Source of the DNA: Gemmatimonadota bacterium
Lineage (GTDB): Bacteria > Gemmatimonadota > Gemmatimonadetes > Gemmatimonadales > GWC2-71-9
Direction of reading: 5' to 3'
Assembly: GCA_039586815.1 (NCBI GenBank)
Contig: JBDHJR010000015.1
Coordinates: 2,367-66,366 of the forward strand
DNA length: 64,000 nucleotides
In this document: positions 1 through 10,001 of the stretch, one piece after another
Position numbering within the stretch: the first letter of the stretch is position 1
Layout of the letters: each line of letters opens with the position of its first letter
Notes under the pieces: model-generated
Databases searched by the model: none
Told to the model about the DNA's origin: nothing
What the model saw: only the letters and a program-made list of their open reading frames with translations
Program-made: the position numbers and the translations under genes

Positions 1-323
1 TGACCTACTACCGCAAGGAGACCGATCGGTTCTCGCTGGACGGCGGGTTCAACGTGCCGTCCGGGCAGATCCAGACCGAAGTCTCCGACCTGGAGTTCGA
101 GACCTCCATGCGAAGCGTCAGCGTCGGCGCGGGCATCTACTACCGGTCAACACAGGGACGCGACGGTCCCAAGCTGCCCATCGAAGCCGGTATCGACTAT
201 CGCTCGGCATTCAGCGGCTCGGGAGGACTCACGCCCAAGACTACGTCGCTCTACCTCTTCCTGCGGCTGTACTGGCAATTGTGGGGGGGCGGCGGCGAGG
301 AGCCCGCTACTTCGCAACCCTGA
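1..323 (+). CDS. 3' fragment of an unidentified protein (possibly beta-barrel/outer-membrane type); 5' end lies outside the window
   Basis: Frame 3 is open from nt 3 to TGA at 321-323. Alternating hydrophobic/polar stretches (SVSVGAGIYY, TSLYLFLRLYW). No family recognised. 17-nt convergent overlap with the recN stop. Confidence 0.3.
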   Translation, partial: TYYRKETDRFSLDGGFNVPSGQIQTEVSDLEFETSMRSVSVGAGIYYRSTQGRDGPKLPIEAGIDYRSAFSGSGGLTPKTTSLYLFLRLYWQLWGGGGEEPATSQP

Positions 324-1986
324 GGCTCTGCCTGCGCAACAACTCTCCTGCGTGCTGCACGACGACCGGGTCGGCGGCATCGCCCAGCATGCGGGCGATC
401 TCCAACACGCGGTCCTCACCGGAGCGCACCTCGACGTCGGCCGTGGCGACACCGCCCTTGGGACTCTTGGCCACCGAGATGTGGTGGCTGGCACGCGCCG
501 CGATCTGGGGAAGGTGGGTGATCACCAGTACCTGTCGTGCCCCGGCAACGCGACCCAACGCTTCGGCCACCTGCAGCGCGACCTCTCCGCCAATGCCCTG
601 ATCGACTTCGTCGAACACGACCGTTGCGATGGCATCGTGTGCTGCGAGGACCACCTTGAGCGCGAGCATGAGTCGGGAGAGCTCTCCACCACTGGCCACC
701 TGCGCCAACGGACGCGCGTCGTGCCCGGGATTGAGCTGCACCATGAACGTCACGCCGTCGGCCCCGGAGGCGGTGACGCGGGGTAGCGGTTCGACCGCGA
801 CTGAGAACTCCCCGTCAGGCATGCCGAGTCCGGGCAACAGCTGCTCGACCGACTTGGCCAGCCGGGCCGCGGCCTTTGCACGCTTGGCGCTGAGAGCCTG
901 CGTCGCGTCCTCGAGCTCACGCTCGGCCGCCGCGCGCCGCGCGCTCAACGCCTCCAGATCGTGGTCGGCGGTGTCGAGCAGATCGAGCTCCCGGGCCGCC
1001 TCGTCGTGGCTGCGCAACACGTCCTCGATGCCGGGACCGTACTTCTGGATCAGCTTGTACAGCACGCCGCGGCGCCGCTCGACCTCCGCCAGGCGATCGG
1101 GATCGGTGTCGATATCGGCGGCGTATTCCCGAATTGCCAGCGCGAGCTCCTCGACGTTGGCGTAGGCTGCGTCCACCAGCTCACGCCACCGCGCTACGCT
1201 CTCGTCGATGCGCTCGAGCTGCGCCAGTATCTTGGAGGCTCCTCCGAGCGCTTCGAGTGCGGCACCTTCCTCTCCACTCTCTAGCAGCTGCACCAGGCGC
1301 TCTGCCAGGCGGGTCAGCTCTTCGACATTGCCCAGGCGCTTCGCCTCGATTGCCAGCGTCTCGTCTTCGCCGGGTCGCGGCTTGGCACTTTCGATTTCCT
1401 GTACCACGTGGCGCAGATAGTCGGCGCGGCGTTGCACGTCGTCGCGTCGCGCCGCCAGCTCCGTCTCCTCTTCCCTGAGCCGCGCCGCACTCTCGAACCC
1501 TGCCCGCACCCGCTCACGCTCCCGTGCCGCGTCACCGAACGCATCCAGCATGTCTCGCTGTGCCGCAGGCTTGAGCAGCGACTGCGCCTCGTGCTGGCCG
1601 TGCAAGTCCACGAGCATGCGGCCCAGAGCGGCCAGGGCGGACACCGTTGTGGGGCTGCCGTTGGCCCACGCTCGGTTGCGACCCTCGGCATTTATCTCGC
1701 GCCGCACGATGAAGCGGTCGTCCTCGGGCTCCACGCCGAGCTCGTCGGCCAGCTCGGCGAACTCGGCGACGTTGCCCACCTCGAAGGCCGCCTCCACCAC
1801 TGCGCGCTTGGCACCAGGGCGCACGAGGTCGCCGCTTGCCCGTTCGCCAAGCAGCAATGCCAGGGCGTCGATCAGCATCGACTTCCCGGCGCCCGTCTCG
1901 CCGGTGAGCACGTTCAAGCCTGGTTGTAGGGGAAGTGTGACGTCCGCTATGACCGCCAGGTCACGCACGCGGAGCTCAGTCAGCAC
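307..1986 (-). CDS. recN: DNA repair protein RecN
   Basis: 559 aa. Walker A GETGAGKS, long central coiled coil, signature GGELSRLMLALK and Walker B VVFDEVD. GTG start overlaps the nadK stop by 11 nt. Confidence 0.95.
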   Translation of the reverse strand: MLTELRVRDLAVIADVTLPLQPGLNVLTGETGAGKSMLIDALALLLGERASGDLVRPGAKRAVVEAAFEVGNVAEFAELADELGVEPEDDRFIVRREINAEGRNRAWANGSPTTVSALAALGRMLVDLHGQHEAQSLLKPAAQRDMLDAFGDAARERERVRAGFESAARLREEETELAARRDDVQRRADYLRHVVQEIESAKPRPGEDETLAIEAKRLGNVEELTRLAERLVQLLESGEEGAALEALGGASKILAQLERIDESVARWRELVDAAYANVEELALAIREYAADIDTDPDRLAEVERRRGVLYKLIQKYGPGIEDVLRSHDEAARELDLLDTADHDLEALSARRAAAERELEDATQALSAKRAKAAARLAKSVEQLLPGLGMPDGEFSVAVEPLPRVTASGADGVTFMVQLNPGHDARPLAQVASGGELSRLMLALKVVLAAHDAIATVVFDEVDQGIGGEVALQVAEALGRVAGARQVLVITHLPQIAARASHHISVAKSPKGGVATADVEVRSGEDRVLEIARMLGDAADPVVVQHAGELLRRQSLRVAK

Positions 1987-2860
1987 GATTGAACCGCTCC
2001 CGATCGCTCAGGTCGCCCCACTTTAGCTTCTTGCGCAGCCGCGAAAAGAAGCTTTCACGCCCCAGCCGTACCAATTGCACGTAGGTGCCCGACGGGCGGA
2101 CCACCACGCAGTCGCCGTGATGCAAAGACCCACCGGGTTGCCCGTCGTACGCCACGCGGATGTCCTCTGTGCGGGTGGGCTCGATCTGCATGGTGATCTG
2201 TGAGGACCCGGGCACGACGAGGGGACGCACCGAGAGCGTGTGGGGACAGATGGCGGTCACTACGAGGGCGTCGACTTCGGGCAGGAGCACGGGACCGCCG
2301 GAGCTGAGCGTATAGGCGGTGGATCCGGCGGGCGTGGCGGCGATCATGCCGTCCAGTGTGTACTGCCCCACCTCGTCGCCGTCCACGAACAACCGGATTC
2401 GCATGACGCGTGACGACCCCGCCTTGTGCACGACCACGTCGTTCATCGCGAGCTCGCCCTCGTAGCGCTCACCCTCGCCGTCTACGATGGTGGTCTCGAG
2501 CTTGCGACGCGGCTCGATCTGATAATCTCCGGCGATGACGCTGCCAAGGGCCGCTTCCACGATGTCGGTCGTGGCGGCCGTGAGGAAACCGACCCTGCCC
2601 AGGTTCACCCCTAGAATCGGCACCTCACGCCGGCCCAGCAGGCGCGCGCCCCGCAACAGCGTGCCGTCGCCCCCCAAAGTGAGTAGCAGGTCGATGGGGT
2701 CCTCAGCGAAGTCCAGCGGCACGACGGGAGTATGCCACAGGTCGATCAGCTCGGGTCCCGATGCGAGCTCAATGCCGTTGGCGGCGGCGTGGCTGCTCAG
2801 CCTTGTGAGCAGCCCGTCCAGATCGGCATAGCGCGGGTTACCGACGACACCGATTCTCAT
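1976..2860 (-). CDS. nadK: NAD(+) kinase
   Basis: 294 aa. GGDGTLL motif and NAD-kinase C-terminal beta domain pattern. ATGA overlap with the dxs stop. Confidence 0.9.
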   Translation of the reverse strand: MRIGVVGNPRYADLDGLLTRLSSHAAANGIELASGPELIDLWHTPVVPLDFAEDPIDLLLTLGGDGTLLRGARLLGRREVPILGVNLGRVGFLTAATTDIVEAALGSVIAGDYQIEPRRKLETTIVDGEGERYEGELAMNDVVVHKAGSSRVMRIRLFVDGDEVGQYTLDGMIAATPAGSTAYTLSSGGPVLLPEVDALVVTAICPHTLSVRPLVVPGSSQITMQIEPTRTEDIRVAYDGQPGGSLHHGDCVVVRPSGTYVQLVRLGRESFFSRLRKKLKWGDLSDRERFNRAD

Positions 2861-4767
2861 CGTGGAGAGAGGCTCTCTGCGGCGGCCAGCGCCCGCACCC
2901 GCTGCGCCAAACCCTCACCGGTCAGGCCCACTGCGGTGAGCTGTTCGCCGCGCGGGGCGTGCTCGAAGGTGCGATCGGGAATGCCCACCACCTCAACCCG
3001 CACCTGCGGATCGATTCGCTCGCAGCTGGCAGCCGTGAATGCACCGAATCCGTTCACCTCGATACCATCCTCCACCGTCACGAGCAAGCGGTGTTCCCGC
3101 ACCAGGGACTCCAGCATGGCGTGGTCCAGCGGCTTGACGAAGCGACAGTTGACGACGGTCACCTCGAATCCCTCGTCCGCCAGCAGTTCCGCCGCCTCGA
3201 GCGCCGGCTGGCACATCACGCCGACCGCCAGAATCGCGCACTCCTTCCCCTCGCGCAAGATCTCCCACGTCCCGTAGGGTATGGTCTGCACTTCGGACGC
3301 GGGCGGCGCCGGTGCCGGAGCGTTGTCGCGGGGATAGCGAGTGCAGAACGGGCCTTCCTGCTCCATAGCACAGCGCAGCAGCCCCACCAACTCGGCACCG
3401 TCCTTCGGCGCGGTGACCGTCATGTTGGGAACCGTGAGCATGTACGCGATGTCGTACAGCCCCATGTGGGTCTGGCCGTCGGCCCCAACCATGCCCGCCC
3501 GGTCCATGCAGAACGTAACGGGAAGATTCTGGATCGCCACGTCGTGGATGATGTTGTCGTACGCGCGTTGCAGGAAAGTGCTGTAGACGGCCACGACCGG
3601 GCGCACCCCCTGTGTCGCGAGCCCGGCCGCGAAAGTGGTGGCATGCGCCTCGGCAATTCCGACGTCGAAGAACCGCTCGGGCCACTTTTCCTGGAAGACG
3701 TCGGTCCCGGTGCCCGAGGGCATCGCCGCCGTGATGGCCACCATCTTGGGGTACTCGCCGGCCAGTTCGCTCAACGCCGTGCCGAATACCTTGGTCCAAC
3801 CGGGCGGCCCCGACGCCTTGGGACGCAGCATCCCCGTGTCCGGGTCGTAGGGATTGCGTGCGTGGAACTTCTCGGGATGCGGCTCCTGCAGCGGGAAGCC
3901 CTTCCCCTTTTCGGTTACCACGTGCACGACGCGGGGACCATCGAGTGTCTTCACCAGCTCGAACGTCTTCAACAAGTGATCGATGTTGTGTCCGTCGATG
4001 GGGCCGAAGTAGCGGAACCCCATTTCCTCGAACAGCATCCCCGGGGACCAGAGGTTCTTGATGCTCTCCTCGACGGTCCTGGCGAAGTCCACCACGCGGT
4101 CGCCGCCCACCAGATGCGACGCCTTCTCGATCAAGTGCTTCACGTGACCGCGCACGCGGTTGGTGAAGGGGCTCGCGATGATCCCCCCGAGGTACTTGCT
4201 GATGGCCCCGACGTTGGGAGCGATCGACATGCCGTTGTCGTTCAGGACCATGATGATGTCCCGATCCGAGTGGCCGGCGTTGTTCAGCGCCTCGTAGGGC
4301 AGCCCACAAGTCATGGCGCCGTCCCCCACTACCGCTATCACGTGGTAGTCGTCGCCCTGGATGTCCCTCGCCGTTGCGATACCGTAGGCCGCCGACATCG
4401 CCGTGCCGGCGTGGCCGGCGCCGAATATGTCGTGCTCGCTCTCGTCGCGGCGCAGGAAACCCGAGAGTCCCCCGCTCTGCCGCAGCGAGGGCAGCCGCTC
4501 GTTGCGGCCGGTGAGGACCTTCCACGGATAGCCCTGGTGCCCCACGTCCCACAGGATCTTGTCGCGCGGTGATTCGAACAGGTACGCGAGAGCTACGGTG
4601 AGCTCCACCACGCCGAGCCCGGCACCGATGTGCCCTCCCGTCTCCGACACCACGTCGATCAGTCGCTGGCGCACCTCGTCGGCCAGCGCCTGGAGTTCCT
4701 CGCGGGAGAGTTGCTTGGTGTCGTTGGGGCTAGAGATTTGTTCCAGCAGAGACATGCCATTCACCAT
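2857..4767 (-). CDS. dxs: 1-deoxy-D-xylulose-5-phosphate synthase
   Basis: 636 aa. GHQGYPWKVLTGR and the TPP-binding block GDGAMTCG...NDN, plus transketolase-like C-terminal domains. An alternative ATG lies at 4755. Confidence 0.96.
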   Translation of the reverse strand: MVNGMSLLEQISSPNDTKQLSREELQALADEVRQRLIDVVSETGGHIGAGLGVVELTVALAYLFESPRDKILWDVGHQGYPWKVLTGRNERLPSLRQSGGLSGFLRRDESEHDIFGAGHAGTAMSAAYGIATARDIQGDDYHVIAVVGDGAMTCGLPYEALNNAGHSDRDIIMVLNDNGMSIAPNVGAISKYLGGIIASPFTNRVRGHVKHLIEKASHLVGGDRVVDFARTVEESIKNLWSPGMLFEEMGFRYFGPIDGHNIDHLLKTFELVKTLDGPRVVHVVTEKGKGFPLQEPHPEKFHARNPYDPDTGMLRPKASGPPGWTKVFGTALSELAGEYPKMVAITAAMPSGTGTDVFQEKWPERFFDVGIAEAHATTFAAGLATQGVRPVVAVYSTFLQRAYDNIIHDVAIQNLPVTFCMDRAGMVGADGQTHMGLYDIAYMLTVPNMTVTAPKDGAELVGLLRCAMEQEGPFCTRYPRDNAPAPAPPASEVQTIPYGTWEILREGKECAILAVGVMCQPALEAAELLADEGFEVTVVNCRFVKPLDHAMLESLVREHRLLVTVEDGIEVNGFGAFTAASCERIDPQVRVEVVGIPDRTFEHAPRGEQLTAVGLTGEGLAQRVRALAAAESLSPR

Positions 4768-4803
4768 CTACGTTGCGCCTTGCGCGCTGCACGACCAGTG
4801 ATA

Positions 4804-4838
4804 CCCTTCCCTCTTACCCTCTCCCTTCTTCCCCTCTC
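4804..4838 (-). repeat. Degenerate polypurine G3-tract array (GAGAGGGGAAGAAGGGAGAGGGTAAGAGGGAAGGG on the minus strand) in the ispA-dxs spacer
   Basis: Read directly: five runs of >=3 G separated by 2-5 nt. It shares the 12-mer GAGAGGGGAAGA with the array inside rsmA. Confidence 0.8.
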
Positions 4839-4841
4839 GTC

Positions 4842-5768
4842 TCAGGTCGTCCGCTCGACTATCAGCCTCGCGAGCTCCGGAAGGAGGCTCCAATCTACCC
4901 CGCAACCCCCGAGCAGGTCTATGGCCCGCTGCATGTGTTCATCCGCCTTGCCGCGCGCGGCTTCCACCCCGAGCAGTCCCGCGAACGTGGCCTTGTGCTG
5001 CGCGGCGTCCTTTCCCGCGGTCTTCCCCAGCTGCGATGAAGTCGCCGTAGCGTCCAGCACGTCGTCCACGATTTGGAACGCCAGCCCGATCTCTCGCCCG
5101 TAGCCGCGCAGCGCCGCCACCTGCGCATCGTCAGCCCCGGCGGCCAGCCCTCCGATCACCGCGCTGGCCGCGATCAGCGCTCCCGTCTTGGCCGCATGTA
5201 CCCGGGTAAGGGCATCCAGATCCAGCTCGCGGCCCTCGGCCTCCAGATCGAGCACCTGTCCCCCGATCATCCCGGTGGCGCCGGCAGCACCATAGAGCTC
5301 TACCGCGATTGCGCCTACGCGTGTGCCGTCCAGGCCGAGCTTTGCGGCGCCGGAGGCCAGCACACGCTGCGACAGCGGTACAAGGCGGAAGCCTGCCTCG
5401 GTTGCCGTGGCTACGTCGTAGGCGCGGTGCGTGGTGGGACGGCCGCGGCGCAGGTCGTCGTCGTCCATGCAGGGGAGGTCGTCGTGCACCAGGGAGTACG
5501 TGTGCACGATCTCCACCGCCGCCGACAGCTCGGCCGCGTCGCCCGCGCCGCCCAGCTCTCGGTACGCCGCCAGCACCAACGCGGGGCGCAGCCGCTTGCC
5601 GGAAGCCGCCAGGCTGTAAGCCATGGCCTCGCCCACGCGTCCTCCGATCTCGCGCTCGGCCCAGCCGGACCACTGCAGCAACTCCCGCCCCACGGCATCC
5701 CGCGTCTGGGCGAGGAGGGCCTGCAGCTCAGCGCTCAAGATCGTCGGTTCGGAGCGTTCCGTCCGCAT
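4842..5768 (-). CDS. ispA: Polyprenyl (farnesyl/geranylgeranyl) diphosphate synthase
   Basis: Two Asp-rich motifs: LVHDDLPCMDDDDLRRG and FQIVDDVLD. Conserved xseB-ispA-dxs order. Start uncertain: ATG 5768, GTG 5780 or TTG 5738. Confidence 0.88.
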   Translation of the reverse strand: MRTERSEPTILSAELQALLAQTRDAVGRELLQWSGWAEREIGGRVGEAMAYSLAASGKRLRPALVLAAYRELGGAGDAAELSAAVEIVHTYSLVHDDLPCMDDDDLRRGRPTTHRAYDVATATEAGFRLVPLSQRVLASGAAKLGLDGTRVGAIAVELYGAAGATGMIGGQVLDLEAEGRELDLDALTRVHAAKTGALIAASAVIGGLAAGADDAQVAALRGYGREIGLAFQIVDDVLDATATSSQLGKTAGKDAAQHKATFAGLLGVEAARGKADEHMQRAIDLLGGCGVDWSLLPELARLIVERTT

Positions 5769-5955
5769 CCTCCAGCACACGTTTGACCGTCAACTCGGAT
5801 TGCTCCAAAAGGTCACGCGCCTCCTTCAAGCGGCGCACTCCCTGCTCGAACAGCTCCAGAGCCTCGTCCAGATCCACATCCGGCTTCTCCAGCTGCCGGA
5901 CGATTGCCTCCAGTTGTTCGAGTTCGTCCCGAAAAGACGGCTTCTTCTTGGTCAT
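5728..5955 (-). CDS. xseB: Exodeoxyribonuclease VII small subunit
   Basis: 75 aa helical protein (SFRDELEQLEAIVRQLEKPDVDLDEALELFEQGVRRLK). ATGA overlap with the xseA stop. Confidence 0.9.
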   Translation of the reverse strand: MTKKKPSFRDELEQLEAIVRQLEKPDVDLDEALELFEQGVRRLKEARDLLEQSELTVKRVLEDADGTLRTDDLER

Positions 5956-7121
5956 GCGTCGCCCTCCACCGTGCGGGCCTGCACCTCCCCGTCGGCGAGC
6001 CGCAGCCGGAAGGCCAGCCCCGGCGAGAAGTCGGCGACGCGCTGCAGCACACGCCCGGCTTCGTCACGCGCCACCGCATAGCCGCGCTCCAGCACCTTGA
6101 TCGGGCTGAGGGCGTCGAGGGTCGCCGCCAACTGCTCCAATCGGTGCCTGCGAGCCTGCAGCAGCCGCTGCACTGCCGCACCCATGCGGTCGGCCGTGCG
6201 CTCGAGGCGCTCCTTGCCCAGCTCGACTTGGCCACCGAGTCCGCGGGCCAGGCGCAGCGATAGGGCCGCAACACTAGCCGCGGCCGCCGCTCGATCGGGC
6301 ACCGCCGTCTCCGCCGCAGCCGACGGCGTCGGCGCCCGCACGTCCGCCACCAGATCGGTGAGCGCCACGTCGGTCTCGTGCCCCACCGCCGAGATGGTGG
6401 GCACCTGCACCGCAGCCACGGCGCGAGCTACCGCCTCGCTGTTGAACGCCCAGAGATCCTCGCGCGACCCGCCCCCACGTCCCACGATGGCGAGATCCAC
6501 GTCGGGCACCCGGTTCACCATCGCCAGCGCCGCGCACAACTCGCTCTCCGCCCCCTCGCCCTGCACACGCGTGGGCACTACCCAAAGCTCTACGGCGGGC
6601 CAGCGCCGCTGCACCACGCTCACGATGTCCCGCAGCGCGGCACCGTCGGTGCTCGTCACCACTGCGATGCGCCGGGGGTAGGACGGCAACTGCCGCTTGC
6701 GCGCGGGGTCTAGCAGACCATCGCGCTCCAGCGCGGCCTTGGCGCGCTCGAGCTGCAACTGCCACAGTCCACCTTCGGCCGTCGGGATGAGTTGCTTGAT
6801 GGTGAGACGGAACTCGCCGCGCTCCTCCCACAACGTGGGACGCGCGTGGACGAACACCTCCATCCCGTCCTCGGGCGAGGTCGGGAGCCGCTGGTTGTCG
6901 CTGCGCCACATCACGCAGCGCACCTGCGCCTGGGCGTCGCGCAGCGTGAAGTACCAGTGACCGCTGCGGTAGGTCTTGAAGCTCGTGACCTCGCCGCGCA
7001 CCCAGAGGCTTTCGAACCCCGATTCGACTAGTTGGCGGGCGCGGCGCGTGACGTCGGCCACGCTCCACGCACCCTCGGCAGACGCTGGTGGAGTCGCGCT
7101 GAAGAGGTCTAGTCCGCCCAC
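5952..7121 (-). CDS. xseA: Exodeoxyribonuclease VII large subunit
   Basis: OB-fold N-terminus WVRGEVTSFKTYRSGHWYFTLRD, then VVTSTDGAALRDI and GRGGGSREDLWAFN. The ORF-track start at 7418 would run through folD. I chose the in-frame GTG at 7121, which overlaps the folD stop by 13 nt. Confidence 0.88.
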   Translation of the reverse strand: MGGLDLFSATPPASAEGAWSVADVTRRARQLVESGFESLWVRGEVTSFKTYRSGHWYFTLRDAQAQVRCVMWRSDNQRLPTSPEDGMEVFVHARPTLWEERGEFRLTIKQLIPTAEGGLWQLQLERAKAALERDGLLDPARKRQLPSYPRRIAVVTSTDGAALRDIVSVVQRRWPAVELWVVPTRVQGEGAESELCAALAMVNRVPDVDLAIVGRGGGSREDLWAFNSEAVARAVAAVQVPTISAVGHETDVALTDLVADVRAPTPSAAAETAVPDRAAAAASVAALSLRLARGLGGQVELGKERLERTADRMGAAVQRLLQARRHRLEQLAATLDALSPIKVLERGYAVARDEAGRVLQRVADFSPGLAFRLRLADGEVQARTVEGDA

Positions 7122-7993
7122 TGGCGCGCGGCCTGGACGGTGTTGTAGAGCAGCATGGTAATCGTCATCGGCCCCACACCACCCGGCACCGGCGTGATCT
7201 GCGAGGCGACCTGCTTCGCCGCCTCGAAGTCCACGTCCCCCACGAGCCGATAGCCCTTCTCGGTGCTCGGGTCGTCCACCCGATTTACGCCGACGTCTAT
7301 GACCACCGCACCCGGACGAACCCAATCCCCCTTCACGAACTCCGCCACACCGATTGCCGCTATCAGGATGTCGGCCTGCCGGGTGACCTCGGGGAGATTC
7401 TTGGTGCGGGAATGGCACATCGTAACCGTCGCGTTGGCGCCTTCACCCTTCTGCGACAGGATGGCCGCGGCCGGCCGACCCACGATGTTGGAGCGCCCCA
7501 CGATGACCACGTGTGCACCCGACGTCTCCACGCCGCTGCGAATCAACATCTGCTGCACCCCGTAGGGCGTCGCAGGCCGGAATCCGCTCGGATCACCGAT
7601 CTGCACCTTGCCGATGTTGACCGGGTGGAACCCGTCCACGTCCTTGTCTGGCCGGATGCTGAACAGCACACGCTTCTCGTTGACCTGGTCGGGGAGCGGC
7701 AGCTGAACCAGAATGCCGTGCACTTTCGGGTCGTTGTTGAGGCGCTCCACCACCTCGAGCACCTCCGCCTCGGATGTGTCACCCGACATCTTGATCGTCT
7801 CGCTGTTCATCCCGAGCTTCTCACAGGCCTTGCCCTTCATGCGGACGTAGACCTGGCTGGCCGGATCGTCGCCGACCAGCACCACCGAGAGACCCGGCGT
7901 CACTCCCTTGTTCTGCAGCTCCTCGATCTGCGGCCCCAGCTCGGCACGCATCTCCTCGCCAATTGCTTTTCCATCGATGATTCTAGCGGGCAA
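7109..7993 (-). CDS. folD: Bifunctional methylenetetrahydrofolate dehydrogenase/methenyl-THF cyclohydrolase
   Basis: 294 aa. ARIIDGKAIG, VLVGDDPASQVYVRMK, VVIVGRSNIVGRP. TTG start. Confidence 0.95.
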   Translation of the reverse strand: MPARIIDGKAIGEEMRAELGPQIEELQNKGVTPGLSVVLVGDDPASQVYVRMKGKACEKLGMNSETIKMSGDTSEAEVLEVVERLNNDPKVHGILVQLPLPDQVNEKRVLFSIRPDKDVDGFHPVNIGKVQIGDPSGFRPATPYGVQQMLIRSGVETSGAHVVIVGRSNIVGRPAAAILSQKGEGANATVTMCHSRTKNLPEVTRQADILIAAIGVAEFVKGDWVRPGAVVIDVGVNRVDDPSTEKGYRLVGDVDFEAAKQVASQITPVPGGVGPMTITMLLYNTVQAARQWAD

Positions 7994-9563
7994 AATCCAC
8001 GGCCCTCGTTTCTCGAATGACTACGATTTTGATCTGTCCCGGATATTGTAGGTCCTGCTCGATGCGCCTCGCGATTTCTTCGGAGAGCTCCACCGCCCGG
8101 TCGTCGGTGATCTGGTCGGGCAGGACCGCGATCCGAATCTCACGTCCCGCTTGAATGGCGAACGCCTTCTCGACTCCCTTGAAGCCGGTGGCGATCTCCT
8201 CGAGAGCGCTCAGGCGCTTGACATAGGTCTCGAACGCCTCGCGCCGCGCGCCAGGACGGGCTCCGCTGGCCGCATCCGCCACCTGCACAATCATCGAGAT
8301 GGTGGTCTCGTGAGGAACATCGTCATGATGCGCGGCGATCGCGTTGATCACGGTCGGGTGTTCGTTGTAGCGCTTGGCGACCTCGACCCCCAGCTCGACG
8401 TGGGTGCCCTCGTGTTGGTGCGTGAGCACCTTGCCCACGTCGTGCAGCAGTGCTGCACGCTTGGTGAGATGCACGTCGAGCTTCAGCTCTTCGGCCAGGA
8501 TACCGGCGAGCCACGCAACCTCCTTGGAGTGGGCCAGCATGTTCTGCCCGTAGGAGGTGCGGTACTTCATGCGGCCCACGAGCTTCACCAACTCGTCGTG
8601 CATCCCCCGAACGCCCAACTCGTAGACCGTCTCCTCCCCCGTCTCGACGAGCTGTTGCTCCAGCTCGACCCTCACCCGCTCCACCACCTCCTCGATCCGG
8701 CCCGGGTGGATGCGGCCGTCGGTGATGAGCTGCTCCATTGCCCGGCGCGCCACTTCGCGCCGGATCGGATCGAAACACGACACCACCACAGTGTCCGGGG
8801 TGTCGTCGATGATCACGTCCACGCCGGTCGCCGTCTCGAACGCGCGGATGTTGCGTCCCTCGCGTCCGATGATGCGCCCCTTCATCTCGTCGTTGGGCAG
8901 GGATACGGCAGAGACGGTCGTCTCCGTTGCCTGGTCGGCGGCGAGCCGCTGCATCGCCATGGCGATGATCTTGCGTGCCTCGCGGTCGGCGGTGCGCTTG
9001 GCGTCTTCCTTGATGTCGCGAACGGCCGCGGCGGCTTCGCTCTTCGCGCTGACGAGCAGCTCCTGCTTGAGGACCTCCTTCGCTTCGTCTGCGGAGATGC
9101 CGGCGACCTGCTCCAACCGCTGGCGGTGCTCCGCCATCAGCTCATCGAGCTCCTCTTCCCGCGTCTGCACCGCCTTCTTGCGATCACTCACCGACTGCTC
9201 ACGGCGACCTAGCTCCTGCTCACGGTCGTCCATCGTGTTGAGCTTGCGATCGATCAGCGTCTCGCGCTCCTCCAGGCGCTGCTCGTGCCGGTCGAGTTCC
9301 TCCCGCCGGTGCCGCTCGTCCTTCTCCCACCCTTCCCGCAGGCCCATGATCTCTTCCTTGGCCTGCAGCAGCGCTTCGTGCTTCGCCGACTCGGCATCGC
9401 GGCCAGCCCGGGAGAGAATCTCCTCGGCCTGTTGCTCCGCGGCGCGCCCCTGTAGGGCCGCCTCGCGCCGCTCCGCCCTGCGCCCGAGCACGAAAAAGAC
9501 CGCCCCGCCGAAGATCACTCCAACGAGAACGGCCACGATCGTGACGAGCTGATCGGCTGCCAT
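7983..9563 (-). CDS. rny: Ribonuclease Y
   Basis: 526 aa. N-terminal TM helix, Glu/Arg-rich coiled coil, KH domain (GRIIGREGRNIRAFE) and HD domain (HSKEVAWLAGILA...LLHDVGK). Confidence 0.95.
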   Translation of the reverse strand: MAADQLVTIVAVLVGVIFGGAVFFVLGRRAERREAALQGRAAEQQAEEILSRAGRDAESAKHEALLQAKEEIMGLREGWEKDERHRREELDRHEQRLEERETLIDRKLNTMDDREQELGRREQSVSDRKKAVQTREEELDELMAEHRQRLEQVAGISADEAKEVLKQELLVSAKSEAAAAVRDIKEDAKRTADREARKIIAMAMQRLAADQATETTVSAVSLPNDEMKGRIIGREGRNIRAFETATGVDVIIDDTPDTVVVSCFDPIRREVARRAMEQLITDGRIHPGRIEEVVERVRVELEQQLVETGEETVYELGVRGMHDELVKLVGRMKYRTSYGQNMLAHSKEVAWLAGILAEELKLDVHLTKRAALLHDVGKVLTHQHEGTHVELGVEVAKRYNEHPTVINAIAAHHDDVPHETTISMIVQVADAASGARPGARREAFETYVKRLSALEEIATGFKGVEKAFAIQAGREIRIAVLPDQITDDRAVELSEEIARRIEQDLQYPGQIKIVVIRETRAVDFAR

Positions 9564-9665
9564 ATCTATGAACTCCAGCGGCGCCCGCCGCTCACACAGC
9601 GCGGCCCCACGCTACTCGGAAGTTGGGAGGCACGGGGTCCACCAACCCGTGACAGTTCGCTGAAC

Positions 9666-10001
9666 CTATCCGGCGTCCTGCGACGAGGCAAGCGAACCCT
9701 GGCCCCGCCCCTTCCGCTTGGCCGGCGGCAGCAGACGGGAGAGCTCGGTCGTCATGGTGCGCAGCCGCTCGGCCATGTCGGCCTGCGAGTGACGCGCCTG
9801 GAACAGCTCGTCGGTGATCGCCAGGGCGGCGAGGATGGCGGCCTTTTGCGTCTCCACCATGGAGCCGACCTGGAGCACCTCCTTCAGTGCTCGGTCCACG
9901 TGCTCGGCCACGGCGCGGGTGTACTCCGGCGCGCGATCGGACCTGAGCGTGTATTCCTCGTTGCCGATCGTGACAGAGACGACGGTCTTCTTGTCGGTCA
10001 C
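9666..10001 (-). CDS. zapA: Cell division protein ZapA
   Basis: 111 aa. VSVTIGNEEYTLRSDRAPEYTRAVAEHVDRALKEV matches the ZapA pattern. GTGA overlap with the upstream coiled-coil gene. Confidence 0.85.
   Translation of the reverse strand: MTDKKTVVSVTIGNEEYTLRSDRAPEYTRAVAEHVDRALKEVLQVGSMVETQKAAILAALAITDELFQARHSQADMAERLRTMTTELSRLLPPAKRKGRGQGSLASSQDAG

Noticed and set aside
2959-4572. 537-aa plus-strand ORF antisense to dxs. Similar long shadow ORFs occur at 8151-9212, 22094-23776, 24779-27106, 26329-28017, 37833-39029 and 46437-47993.
   Set aside because: They lie opposite strongly recognisable genes. Their Arg/Ala/Gly/Pro-rich composition with no motifs is typical of stop-poor antisense frames in a ~70% GC genome.
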